From positions 1 to 41,508 of IMG/VR virus record IMGVR_UViG_3300024279_000011: 41,508 bases of DNA; one strand, 5' to 3'. A model generated the notes under the pieces. That model ran no database searches and was not told the DNA's origin. It saw nothing but the letters and a program-made list of their open reading frames with translations. The position numbers and the translations under genes were made by a program. Of this stretch, positions 7,619 to 16,418 are shown one piece after another (the first letter of the stretch is position 1; every line of letters begins with the position of its first letter). The stretch is from a virus (taxonomy: Duplodnaviria > Caudoviricetes).

Positions 7619-7905
7619 ATGAACAGCAGAAGACCATGGTGGAAGCTAGGATCAAGAAATATCTCCACCTGATCCCCGAACACATGCATAAAGGAGTCAT
7701 GAATTACGTCTTCGATCGAATTGAGCCAGGGAGTTTTTTACGAGCTATCCTCGAGAACAACTTGGTTCGCTCCGCCGAACGCGCAGACCATATCAATCGG
7801 GAGGCCCTTTGGGAGTGGTCCTGTTTTCTGGTGGAGGCCCTTCCTGTCAGCGCATGGGGTTCGGAGAAACGGGTACAACAATGGCTAGCTGGGGGTAAAG
7901 AATGA
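7615..7905 (+). CDS. Conserved phage hypothetical protein
   Basis: IPEHM...PGSFLRAILENNL..A...AD..N...P..AWGS pattern; coupled by ATGA. Confidence 0.75.
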   Translation: MNEQQKTMVEARIKKYLHLIPEHMHKGVMNYVFDRIEPGSFLRAILENNLVRSAERADHINREALWEWSCFLVEALPVSAWGSEKRVQQWLAGGKE

Positions 7906-8363
7906 GTCGGGACTTCGAACAGGACATCCGCCACCGCAAGGTACTTTCACTCAAAAGCATCGAAGAGGAGGACGAGATGCTCCATAACAATTCCCGGTTC
8001 TTTACCGAGGGTTTCAAGGCCGAGACCATGAAGTTGATTCGGACCCTCCGCCCCGCGTTCTGCGAGGACGTCTTCCGCCAACCCGAGGGCGAGGTGAAGC
8101 GTCATCCCTTCGACTATTCGACCGTGGAGATGCACCCAGGATACCGCTTCTTCTCAGACGAGCAGTGTTGGCATTCCTTCGTTGCGACCGCCACCAAGGG
8201 GAAGCAATGGATCTGGCTCACCGATGCGGGGGCCAGACGGGAGGCCCTGGCGGTCGAGGAAGCCTATTTGGGGGACCGGCAACTCTGGAGGGAGGGAGCT
8301 TGGTTAGCCCTCCGCCATGCAGCCGAATGTGATCATTTTTACCAATTCGAAAAAACCTATTAA
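7902..8363 (+). CDS. Hypothetical phage protein
   Basis: ATGA-coupled; last gene of the plus-strand run. Confidence 0.65.
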   Translation: MSRDFEQDIRHRKVLSLKSIEEEDEMLHNNSRFFTEGFKAETMKLIRTLRPAFCEDVFRQPEGEVKRHPFDYSTVEMHPGYRFFSDEQCWHSFVATATKGKQWIWLTDAGARREALAVEEAYLGDRQLWREGAWLALRHAAECDHFYQFEKTY

Positions 8364-8395
8364 CTTCCTAGCGAAGTGATCGTAAGGGACCCCAG

Positions 8396-8497
8396 ATGGA
8401 CCTCGAGCGCCTCATCTTAATTGCCGCCTGGATCGTCATCATCTTCGGGGCGGCATGGCTCTCTTGGGGAATCTGGGCCCTCGTCAGTGGGCGCTAG
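8396..8497 (+). CDS. Small single-pass membrane protein (33 aa), not in the ORF track
   Basis: MDLERLILIAAWIVIIFGAAWLSWGIWALVSGR; AAGGGA RBS. Confidence 0.55.
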   Translation: MDLERLILIAAWIVIIFGAAWLSWGIWALVSGR

Positions 8498-8498
8498 C

Positions 8499-9059
8499 TT
8501 ATTCGAAAGCCAGCGTCTTCCACTGCCCCTGACTATAGACATGGACCTTATGATCAGCAGGATCGAAATACTCGTCCCCTTCTTGCGGAGTTACTCCCGT
8601 CGGGGGCTCCGTAGCCAGGCGGAAGTATCCGCGCTCAATCTGGGTGCGGATCGCAGCGAGTCTGACCCGCCCACCGTTATCGGCCCCATCCCCATTTTGA
8701 CCACAGACGACCGAGAAGTCGCCGGCGAATCCTTCCCCGGAGGCGTCCCCGGTGAAGCTCTCAATGTTCCCTGCATAGCCGTTGGTGGCATTGGCCCCGG
8801 TTCCGGTGATGAGGCGAATCATCCCGCTGACCCCACCGGTCACGGTGACTTGGCCGGAATCGATATATATCGAATTGGCATCGCTTTCGGACTCCCAGGT
8901 GGTCGCACTCTCTTTGGTCCCCAGGTGCAGAACCCCGTCACTGATCGGGGAGTAGAGGGGGCCGGTCACGACCTGAACCGCGTCATCGGCGATGTCGGTC
9001 TCGTGAGCGAGCGAGGGCAAAGAGAACATCAGGGCCAGGGCGATAGCGATGCTTTTCAT
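8499..9059 (-). CDS. Secreted protein (Sec signal peptide) with fibre-like G-x-I-x-x-x-TG repeats
   Basis: MKSIAIALALMFSLPSLA|HET...; repeats SGMIRLITG, AGNIESFTG and AGDFSVVCG. Inserted in the opposite orientation to its neighbours. Confidence 0.75.
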   Translation of the reverse strand: MKSIAIALALMFSLPSLAHETDIADDAVQVVTGPLYSPISDGVLHLGTKESATTWESESDANSIYIDSGQVTVTGGVSGMIRLITGTGANATNGYAGNIESFTGDASGEGFAGDFSVVCGQNGDGADNGGRVRLAAIRTQIERGYFRLATEPPTGVTPQEGDEYFDPADHKVHVYSQGQWKTLAFE

Positions 9060-9157
9060 CTGTTTGACCTTTCTGGTTTAGGGATAATTGACCCCCCGCC
9101 TTGGGCAACGGGGGGCCGAGGAGAACTTATGGGATTTGATTTACTTATCGGTGGCCA

Positions 9158-9394
9158 ATGAACAAAGTTAAGTCCAGTCCAAATTGGATCTGTCTTTTAT
9201 GCGCTCAGCAAAGGGGCTATCGGAAGCGCCTGGACGACGAGGTGAAGGGGACCTTCAATCACTGTCTCACCTGTGGACACTATAAGTTAGTCGTCGATGT
9301 TGCGGATTTAGTTCCCTGCTGGCAGGATTTGGAAGATGGATCATCGTCAGGCATTTTCGGAACTCCTAGAAAAAATGGTCCAGGCCGTAGTTGA
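9158..9394 (+). CDS. Small zinc-finger-like protein
   Basis: CLLC and CLTC motifs. Confidence 0.5.
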   Translation: MNKVKSSPNWICLLCAQQRGYRKRLDDEVKGTFNHCLTCGHYKLVVDVADLVPCWQDLEDGSSSGIFGTPRKNGPGRS

Positions 9395-9584
9395 TCGATC
9401 AGAGCAAGTTGAGATACTCGTCCGCCAGGGAGAACAGACCACAATTTTTGAGATCCGCGTCTCAAAAGAAGATGTCGGTAAGGTCCTAGGGAAGAAGGGG
9501 TCGATGATTAATTCCTTCCGCATGATCCTGAGGGCCTATATGGCCAAGTACCAATTTAGAGCTGTCCTGGAGATCCTCGAATGA
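9336..9584 (+). CDS. khpA: KH-domain RNA-binding protein, KhpA family
   Basis: 82 aa: VQAVVD..EQV...EIRVSKEDVGKVLGKKG..I.S.R.IL...RAVLEILE, with the GxxG loop intact. Confidence 0.9.
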   Translation: MDHRQAFSELLEKMVQAVVDRSEQVEILVRQGEQTTIFEIRVSKEDVGKVLGKKGSMINSFRMILRAYMAKYQFRAVLEILE

Positions 9585-9712
9585 GTGAATGTCCAACCTC
9601 AGTTGAGGCCCTCATGCTCGGCTACTGCGCTGGTATTTTTACCACAGTTGTGGTGACGGTGATGATCGTCTCCTTCGTCAAGCTTGCGCGCGGGGGAAGC
9701 CATGACCGCTAA
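9581..9712 (+). CDS. Small membrane protein (43 aa), not in the ORF track
   Basis: MSECPTSVEALMLGYCAGIFTTVVVTVMIVSFVKLARGGSHDR; ATGA-coupled to khpA. Confidence 0.6.
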   Translation: MSECPTSVEALMLGYCAGIFTTVVVTVMIVSFVKLARGGSHDR

Positions 9713-9920
9713 GTTTTGGGTTTGGGTCTGGATGCTCATCGTCACCGCGGCCTTCCTGATCGTGATCCTCAGTTGTCAGTCCGTTCAATACCCGGATTCC
9801 GGGGGATACCCCACCCGATCGTGGAAGGAATTCTGCGAAACGAAATATCCTGGATGTGAATCTAAGGGCGTGTGGTTCGATCCCTGGGGTGAAGAACACT
9901 GTCTTTGCCAGGACGATTAA
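9702..9920 (+). CDS. Small Cys-rich lipoprotein
   Basis: MTAKFWVWVWMLIVTAAFLIVILS|C lipobox; four further Cys in the mature part. Confidence 0.7.
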   Translation: MTAKFWVWVWMLIVTAAFLIVILSCQSVQYPDSGGYPTRSWKEFCETKYPGCESKGVWFDPWGEEHCLCQDD

Positions 9921-9950
9921 ACCGGCGCCGAGCGAATTCCCGACGCCGGT
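9918..9950 (-). terminator. Terminator hairpin where the early and late units converge
   Basis: Minus strand reads ACCGGCGTCGGG-AATTCG-CTCGGCGCCGGT-TT. Confidence 0.6.
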
Positions 9951-10010
9951 ACGATCAAACACGGATGGAATCGATTTTATTGAAGTTGGGCTCCCCGAAG
10001 GAAGTCCAGT

Positions 10011-10364
10011 TTAGAACCCCAGGTCCAACACAGTCAGATATTTAGGGAGTAGAAGGTGGTGCAGGATAGATCCGAAGAGGATCTCAATGTCCACGGTCTG
10101 AGCCTTCCCCAGGGGAAGCGCCTGGGTTTCGTCGGTCGTCAGATCGAAGGAGTACATCCACAGAGCCTGCGGCCCCGCCCCATAGCAGAACCCGGCGGCC
10201 GCGGCCTTCACCAGGTAAGACGAATCCTGATTCTTGAGCCTGATCCTGACCTGGGTGGCTCCGGAGATATTGACCGGGTTGCCTTGCGTGTCCAGGAGAA
10301 CGGCCAGGAGATGGGCTTCTGAGCCTCGGATCACGGTTTCAGAATTTACCTGCCAACCCATCAC
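10011..10364 (-). CDS. BppU-N-like/Ig-like small structural or accessory protein
   Basis: RG.....L.V.L.D..G.PVNISGA.......K pattern typical of BppU-N-like phage domains. Confidence 0.5.
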   Translation of the reverse strand: MMGWQVNSETVIRGSEAHLLAVLLDTQGNPVNISGATQVRIRLKNQDSSYLVKAAAAGFCYGAGPQALWMYSFDLTTDETQALPLGKAQTVDIEILFGSILHHLLLPKYLTVLDLGF

Positions 10365-10402
10365 CTAGTAATGGGCGCCCCCGACACCTTAAGCAAGTCC
10401 AG

Positions 10403-10681
10403 TTAAGGTGCCGGAGGCGCTGGGTCCGATGGGTTCTTCATGGGGAGCTTAACACTGGCGAAAAAGTCCAAAAGATAGCAGAACGCAACATAGACCTTGC
10501 TTTTCTCAAAGTTGGCCAGAAGGTCATCGTCGTACTTGGTTGGGGTCAGCTGGGCGATATCGTTCAGGGCTGTGAAGACGATTTTATTGATCGTCCTGAG
10601 GGTCCCCATGGCAGCCAGGATTCCGACAAGGGGCGCCATTGCTGGGGACAAACCAATGAGCCATACGATGAAATTCGCCAT
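10403..10681 (-). CDS. Holin-like membrane protein
   Basis: Hydrophobic N-terminus and TPTKYDD motif; adjacent to the endolysin. Confidence 0.55.
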   Translation of the reverse strand: MANFIVWLIGLSPAMAPLVGILAAMGTLRTINKIVFTALNDIAQLTPTKYDDDLLANFEKSKVYVAFCYLLDFFASVKLPMKNPSDPAPPAP

Positions 10682-10729
10682 TAAGACCTCCCGTGTGTGC
10701 GCTACTTCTCGGCCGGGCGCGGGGAAGAC

Positions 10730-11158
10730 TTAAGCGATCGGATTGGGCCACTTGATCGCGATGAGACATTTACGCGGGAAGACAGAGATTTGGACCCGGT
10801 CATGCTGGTTGCCTCCTAAAACGGCAACATAATCATCGTTCACGACGTGATGGCACAGACCCACGTGGTGGTGGCCATTGGACCACTGGAAAACCAGTAT
10901 GGCGCCCTGTTTGAGCTCACAGGCTTCGCCATACCCGGGGTCGGCGAAGGACACGGCAGCGGCGCTTCCTGTGCCTTTAAACGCGGATTCTGCGAGGACC
11001 CGATTTACGAACGCAGAGCACCATGCCACGGAGTCGCTCGCGGCCTTGTAAGAGGTGTACGAGAAGCAGTCCAGAATGAATTGGTTGTGGTGGTGGGCCG
11101 GGTCTTCTGCCTGGCCTAGGTATTTGAGGGCTTGGTCGAACCAGGGGCTATTGGTCAT
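10730..11158 (-). CDS. Endolysin, TIGR02594 family (NlpC/P60-CHAP-type cysteine peptidase)
   Basis: SPWFDQA..YLG, AWCSAFVN (catalytic Cys), GHHHVG (His) and LGGNQ. Start ATG 11158 after GGAGG. Confidence 0.85.
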   Translation of the reverse strand: MTNSPWFDQALKYLGQAEDPAHHHNQFILDCFSYTSYKAASDSVAWCSAFVNRVLAESAFKGTGSAAAVSFADPGYGEACELKQGAILVFQWSNGHHHVGLCHHVVNDDYVAVLGGNQHDRVQISVFPRKCLIAIKWPNPIA

Positions 11159-11474
11159 CCTCCATGATCTCCTTGCGGATCGGGGACCACTTATCCCCTG
11201 CCAATAGCTTAACGGCATGAAACGCGCGGCGTAAATCAGTTTTTAGCTTCCCCAGGTTTAGGGACTTGAGGTCCGCATCGATCTTAGCCAGGGCCAGGGT
11301 ATTTGATTCCACGGCCCGGGCCAGGGATTGGATGGTCTTCTCGGTGAGTTGGTCTTTGCGCTCCTTGAACCGCCAGAGGAACTCCCCAACCCGCATCAGG
11401 AGATGCATGGCCACCAGAACGCATCCGGTGGCGACAAGGGTCGGGAGACTCGAGGCGTCCAACAGCTTTTCCAT
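11148..11474 (-). CDS. Membrane-anchored coiled-coil protein (holin/antiholin-like)
   Basis: N-terminal TM segment followed by a coiled coil; directly upstream of the endolysin. Confidence 0.55.
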   Translation of the reverse strand: MEKLLDASSLPTLVATGCVLVAMHLLMRVGEFLWRFKERKDQLTEKTIQSLARAVESNTLALAKIDADLKSLNLGKLKTDLRRAFHAVKLLAGDKWSPIRKEIMEDDQ

Positions 11475-12754
11475 TAATTCTTGTAGCGGATGGTGACCTT
11501 ACCACCGGCCCCACGTCCACCGGCCCCGCCCACTCCGGTGTCTCCGCCGCCCCCGCCGCCTCCGCCGCCTCCGGTACTGGCCGTTCCACTGGATCCGGCC
11601 GTACCACTTGCCCCTGCTGCGCCCCCGTTGCCCCCGGCGCCTATGGCGGAACTTCCTCCGCCGCCGCCTCCCCCTGTGGGACCGAGGCCGCTTGCCGCCC
11701 CGCCAGAACTCACACTACCACTAAAGGGGTACCATTGGCTTCCGGCGCCCCCGGTGGCACTGCTTCCAGTACCGCCGCCGCCTCCGCCCGACCCCCAGAA
11801 CCCAGGGGAACCAGCGGTGTGCCCTCCGGCCCCGCCATCAGCTCCATAGGCAAACGAGGCGCCACCGCCGCCACCAGACGCCGCCGTTCCGCTAACCCCG
11901 CCCCCCGTACTTAAGGGGGAGAGGGACCCTCCGGAGAGTGCCCCGGTAGAGAACCCGCCACCGCCCCCAAAGGCCCCGCCATTAACGGTGACAGTCGTCC
12001 CGGAGTAGGTGATCGAAGTATTGTTCCCGGTTACACCGCTTCCCCCAGAAGTGTTTGCGGCTCCTCGAGAACCCCGCACTCCGCCGCCGCCAACGGTCAC
12101 GGACACGGTTCCAGCCGGCGCGACCTTCAAAAAGAGCTGACGATACTCGCCGGCCCCACCGCCGCCACCACCACCGCCTGCTCCCGCACCACCCCCGCCC
12201 CCGCCCCCGCCCCCGCCGACCAGCTCAATGAGGAGCTCGGTGATTCCTGAGGGCACGGTAAAGGTCTGCGCATAGGCCGACGTGGACCAGCTCTGGGCAT
12301 CAGAAAGGGTCGATAGGGTATTGAGTTGGCACCAGGTGGATCCCCCGTTGACGAGGGCCGAGGAGGAGACCTCAATGCAGAGGCTGTTCAAAGATCCGGC
12401 CGTCGTGTAGCCGGTGTGGCGGGTCCAGGCCCCGGAGGCCTCGTCATAGATCCCATCGTTTGAGGATGTGGTTTGGTTCTTGACCGAAATGACTTTTCCC
12501 ACTCCGCCTGAGACCCCGTCGATCGTCTGCAGCCCACTCAAAGTGATGTTCGCCGTCGTGGCCGAGTCGACCGTTATCGCCCCTGAGGGGATGGTGAAGT
12601 CTTGAGAACTCCAGGCCAGAACCGAGGAGGCGATCTTTGGGAGGGTCACGGCCGCATCGACAATCTTCGGGGTCGTGATCGACCCGTTGGGGATGACGAA
12701 GCTTGCATTGGCCATCTGGCCCGCGATCAGGAAGGGAAGTAAGAGTTTCTTCAT
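11474..12754 (-). CDS. Glycine-rich tail-fibre-like protein with N-terminal Sec signal peptide
   Basis: MKKLLLPFLIAGQMANA|S; GSITTPKIVDAAVTLPKIA repeat; ATTANITLSGLQTIDGV...VKNQT...GIY...GAWTR fibre domain; FTVPSG...GGGGGGG Gly-rich C-terminal domain. Confidence 0.8.
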   Translation of the reverse strand: MKKLLLPFLIAGQMANASFVIPNGSITTPKIVDAAVTLPKIASSVLAWSSQDFTIPSGAITVDSATTANITLSGLQTIDGVSGGVGKVISVKNQTTSSNDGIYDEASGAWTRHTGYTTAGSLNSLCIEVSSSALVNGGSTWCQLNTLSTLSDAQSWSTSAYAQTFTVPSGITELLIELVGGGGGGGGGGAGAGGGGGGGGAGEYRQLFLKVAPAGTVSVTVGGGGVRGSRGAANTSGGSGVTGNNTSITYSGTTVTVNGGAFGGGGGFSTGALSGGSLSPLSTGGGVSGTAASGGGGGASFAYGADGGAGGHTAGSPGFWGSGGGGGGTGSSATGGAGSQWYPFSGSVSSGGAASGLGPTGGGGGGGSSAIGAGGNGGAAGASGTAGSSGTASTGGGGGGGGGGDTGVGGAGGRGAGGKVTIRYKN

Positions 12755-12763
12755 AGAGTCTCC

Positions 12764-13435
12764 TTAAACGAGGTCGTAGTCGGTCCCGTTATTCATCACG
12801 GTGATGCTGTCGAAGACAGGGGTTGCGGGGACTGAGTTCAAAACGAAGTTGGTCGCGCCGTCAATGGTCCCTACCACGGTGGCAGTGCTCCCATCGCTTG
12901 AGCGGTTCTTGATGGTGAAGCGCTTCCCCACGGGAACGGTCCCCACTCCAGGGAGGGTCACGTTGATATTTCCCCCGGTATTGGTGCACCGGATATTGGC
13001 GTCCGTCGCCAGGACTGAGTAGTTACCAGTGGTCGTGACGACGCCCTCACTCTTAAGGGCCCACTTGGTTAAGTCCGTCACCGCGTTATTGAGGTTGTTG
13101 TCCACCAGGGAGACGTAGAACTCCCCACTGGAATTGACGATGCTCCCGATGAAATAGTTCGTGCTCGAGTCCCACTCAGGAACCCCGTTCTCAAAGAGGT
13201 AGGCCAGTTGGTAGAAGAGGAGGACAAAGAGTGCGTTCATGTCCTGGATCGCCGGCGCGTTCCCGCCGATGACGGCCGAGTACCATCCATCGAGGAAGTT
13301 TGAGAGAGACTGAATCAATGCCGGGTCGTCGGTGAAGACCGGAGAGCCTGCGAAGAGGCTTCCGAACTTCGCCACCTGATCTGATCCGTGGGTGGAGCCG
13401 AATCTCTTTTGAAAAACCCTTGCTAGCCTAGACAT
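12764..13435 (-). CDS. Proximal tail fibre / fibre-attachment protein
   Basis: QDMNALF....QLAYLFENGVPEWDS.T.Y..GS motif typical of the gene after the Mu gp48-like baseplate gene. No signal peptide. Confidence 0.75.
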   Translation of the reverse strand: MSRLARVFQKRFGSTHGSDQVAKFGSLFAGSPVFTDDPALIQSLSNFLDGWYSAVIGGNAPAIQDMNALFVLLFYQLAYLFENGVPEWDSSTNYFIGSIVNSSGEFYVSLVDNNLNNAVTDLTKWALKSEGVVTTTGNYSVLATDANIRCTNTGGNINVTLPGVGTVPVGKRFTIKNRSSDGSTATVVGTIDGATNFVLNSVPATPVFDSITVMNNGTDYDLV

Positions 13436-13451
13436 TGCTTAAGCCCTTTCC

Positions 13452-14069
13452 TCAACTATTGTAATCCAGCCACGGATAGGTGAGCTGATAAAGTTCGTAG
13501 AAGTTAAATGGCGACGGTGGATTCACTGGGGTCGGATCTTCGTAAGTGACGAACCCGAAGAACGGGTAAGTGTGGGCCGAGACGATGACGATCGAGGTCT
13601 GAACGCCCATAGGTCTTGGAAGAAAGTCTCCGGTAGAAATCATGGCCAGAAGATCCGGGGTCCCCAGAGAGTCGATGATCAAGTAGTTGAGCCCCATGAA
13701 GGTGTTGTCCGAGACCAGGATGAGTCCGGGGAAGTGAACCGCCAAGAGATCCTGAATCACCGCAAGGGAGCTTCCGGAATTATTCTTGATGATCGCAAGC
13801 CTTATGAGGGTTCGGTAGTCGTCGTCCCCCAGGGTGACGGCGCGATCAAAGGCGTAACCCCGTCTGGAAACCCCAGTGTATTTCCCAAGGACGTCGAGCT
13901 GAACTCCAACGGCGGTGTCGAGATCAAAGGCGTCCTGAACTTGGAGGAAGATGTCGTCCGAGAGGAAGAGGGAGACGATGGCCTTAATGGTGGCGACGGC
14001 CTTGGGTTTATTCCGATACTGGATGATCAGCAGGTTGGCGTAGTAGTTGATCGTGTCCGTCAGATTCAT
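13452..14069 (-). CDS. Baseplate wedge protein (DUF2612/Mu gp48-like)
   Basis: LLIIQYRNKPKA, DLDTAVGVQLDVLGKYTGVSR, L.DDDYR.LI and LPRPMGV. Confidence 0.88.
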   Translation of the reverse strand: MNLTDTINYYANLLIIQYRNKPKAVATIKAIVSLFLSDDIFLQVQDAFDLDTAVGVQLDVLGKYTGVSRRGYAFDRAVTLGDDDYRTLIRLAIIKNNSGSSLAVIQDLLAVHFPGLILVSDNTFMGLNYLIIDSLGTPDLLAMISTGDFLPRPMGVQTSIVIVSAHTYPFFGFVTYEDPTPVNPPSPFNFYELYQLTYPWLDYNS

Positions 14070-14070
14070 T

Positions 14071-14817
14071 TCACAGCCTCAAGTATGATGAAGTAAAGCC
14101 AATGTCGTCCTCAGTGGGGTTATAGACACTGTGCAACTGCAAGTCATCCCATTGGGCATGCGTATTGGTAATCTCCAGCGGCACCCAATTCTTAAGCTGG
14201 TCGATCGTGGGTTTCATCCTCACCTTCTTAATCACGATGTCCGGGTAGCATGCTGCAATCCATGATGGCCCAGAGTCGGGGCCAATGTACATCCTAGCTC
14301 TTGAAATAACTTCAACGAGATCCCAGACGGTCGGAGTGCAGACCCATGGGATGCCGATATCATGAAGAACTTCGTTGGCGTGGCCGATCTGATAGAGGTC
14401 AGGACCTCGGTATTTCTTAATGACATGCTCCACAATCTTCTTGGGTAGCGGACCATGGCTGATCCCCTTCGCCTGAAACAGAATCATGTGACGATCCCTG
14501 AAGGGGAAGTCCTCGAACTTGTAGAGACGGGGATGTCTTAGGAATACCTTCGCCCCCACACACAGGGTGTGCTTTTCAGCTAGGGATGTGAAGACGCTTC
14601 CGCGGGGTTTAGGGATCGGGTTGAAGTTCCAGAGCCCCGCAACCTTGGCGGGCTTTTCTCCCCCACGCAGAACGAAGGGGTTGTGGTCAAAGACCCAGTG
14701 CTTCTCGACGTCGATCAGCTTCTTGCCGAAGGTTCGAAAATAGTTCTCAGGGACCATCGTAAACTGGATGGCGTCCCCGATTCCTATTCTGTGCGGCACG
14801 CTGATTCCTAGCATCAA
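14071..14817 (-). CDS. Glycosyltransferase, GT9 (heptosyltransferase)-like
   Basis: N-terminal IGIGDAIQ and C-terminal LVEVISRARMYIGPDSGPSWIAA motifs. Confidence 0.75.
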   Translation of the reverse strand: MMLGISVPHRIGIGDAIQFTMVPENYFRTFGKKLIDVEKHWVFDHNPFVLRGGEKPAKVAGLWNFNPIPKPRGSVFTSLAEKHTLCVGAKVFLRHPRLYKFEDFPFRDRHMILFQAKGISHGPLPKKIVEHVIKKYRGPDLYQIGHANEVLHDIGIPWVCTPTVWDLVEVISRARMYIGPDSGPSWIAACYPDIVIKKVRMKPTIDQLKNWVPLEITNTHAQWDDLQLHSVYNPTEDDIGFTSSYLRL

Positions 14818-16223
14818 GAGACCGCCACATTGACGTCCGTAAAGTTGCTCAAACCATCCGTAACCCTAACCACGTCCGTAACCGATCCCGTCGATCCCGC
14901 TGTGTAGAGGCCCGTCGAGGAGTTAATGGACCCACCGCTGTTGTTGGTGTGTATGGTCCATGTATAGGTTCCATATCCACCATCGGCTGTGAATTGCTTC
15001 GTCCCAAGAGGAGCTACCGAGACCGCTGTATTCGGGGTCACAAGGATCGGGAGGATGATGATATTGGCCTCAGAGACGGCGAACTGTTTGTTCTTGGTCG
15101 CCGGGGTCAGTGTGTTGGTATAACTTCCCCCGGAAGACGTCGAGAACCCAGCGCTCGTCACCAGGGTATTGTCGTCGATCTCCTGCACGTCCGTGGCGAG
15201 GCGGTTGATATTCACCTCCTCATTAACCCGTGGGACGAAGAGATCCACGAGCTTAGAACGGATCTGAGCCACCGCCGGCGGGTTCGTTCCATCAAGAGAA
15301 GTCGCCGTGAACTTGATGTAGAGGTCTTCTGGAACCACGAAGTCCCACTTAATGAAGATAGTCGACCCATCAGCCTGGTTGATTCCCACTGATTGAGATC
15401 CCTTCATTCCGCAACCGGCGTTGCGTTTTTGGTAGATAGCTCCACTGATAAGGCCGTTAGAGGCGGAGCCCGCCACGATGACCCAGATCGAATGTCCAGG
15501 GATTCCGTCCCCATCAGTGGAGCTCGTAACGTTCTCATAGACGAAGGCGTCAGTGACCCCATTCAGGTTCTTGAGGGCGGCGACGAGACCGTCATGATAT
15601 CCCTGAGAGCCGATCGCCACCGACTGCTGCCGGCGGATCTTGAGTTGGGCGTCGGTCTCCTCGTTAATACCAAGAACCGTATAGGTCGTCGGGTTATTCA
15701 CTGAGGTAACTCCGAGGACGATCGTGACCGGGATCGTGATGGTATTGGGGATCGTGAGAACCGCGCCTGGGTCCTTCGCCTGAAACGCTAGGGCCTGAGT
15801 TCCAGCCCCAGAGATTGCGATGGTCGTAATCAATTGGAACTGGTTCCCGGCGTTGTCCTGCACGGTGTAGACCGGATTGGTATTCTGATCGAGACCGTAG
15901 AGGGTGCATGAGGCGGACGTCACAATGGTGATGTTCGTGAGGGTGAACGTTCCCCCCTGCCTTTGAATCCCGTTGATCGCGACCCGCTGATCCAGGATGT
16001 TCCCAATGGCATTATCTGGGTCGAAGAAGTTATAGATCTGAGTGATCAGGTCCAAGAGATCTAGGATTTCCTGAACGATGATCATCATCTGTTGCCCGTC
16101 GGGACTGCTCTGGCTCAAGTCAATGTCGTTCCCATAGATCGACTGCATGGCCGCGGTGAACTCGGAGACCAACTCCGCCTGGGTCTTAGTTAAGAGACCG
16201 CTCGCATCAATTTGATTTGGCAT
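14814..16223 (-). CDS. Baseplate J-like protein (Mu gp47) with C-terminal Ig-like extension
   Basis: SPDGQ, FDPDNAIG..LD, G.NEETDAQL..R and YENVT...D.DGIPGHSI..IV.G. Confidence 0.9.
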   Translation of the reverse strand: MPNQIDASGLLTKTQAELVSEFTAAMQSIYGNDIDLSQSSPDGQQMMIIVQEILDLLDLITQIYNFFDPDNAIGNILDQRVAINGIQRQGGTFTLTNITIVTSASCTLYGLDQNTNPVYTVQDNAGNQFQLITTIAISGAGTQALAFQAKDPGAVLTIPNTITIPVTIVLGVTSVNNPTTYTVLGINEETDAQLKIRRQQSVAIGSQGYHDGLVAALKNLNGVTDAFVYENVTSSTDGDGIPGHSIWVIVAGSASNGLISGAIYQKRNAGCGMKGSQSVGINQADGSTIFIKWDFVVPEDLYIKFTATSLDGTNPPAVAQIRSKLVDLFVPRVNEEVNINRLATDVQEIDDNTLVTSAGFSTSSGGSYTNTLTPATKNKQFAVSEANIIILPILVTPNTAVSVAPLGTKQFTADGGYGTYTWTIHTNNSGGSINSSTGLYTAGSTGSVTDVVRVTDGLSNFTDVNVAVS

Positions 16224-16410
16224 TGGCTCCTCTTTTGGCGCAGAGTTTTTGCTGGCGAATAACTACGCTCTTCTGGTGAGGCCCCTTCATTTTAGAGGCG
16301 TCCATCTTGCATAGGCGGGCCACGGCATCGGATCTTCTGGCCTTCTTATCAGCTGGCGACAGGGCTGAGGCATTAAGGACGAAGGTAAGGGCCAATATAA
16401 GTTTAAACAT
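16207..16410 (-). CDS. Small basic secreted protein (signal peptide, two Cys)
   Basis: MFKLILALTFVLNASA|LSP...; GGAG RBS; lies between the fibre and baseplate J genes. Confidence 0.65.
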   Translation of the reverse strand: MFKLILALTFVLNASALSPADKKARRSDAVARLCKMDASKMKGPHQKSVVIRQQKLCAKRGANAKSN

Positions 16411-16418
16411 ACATTCTC

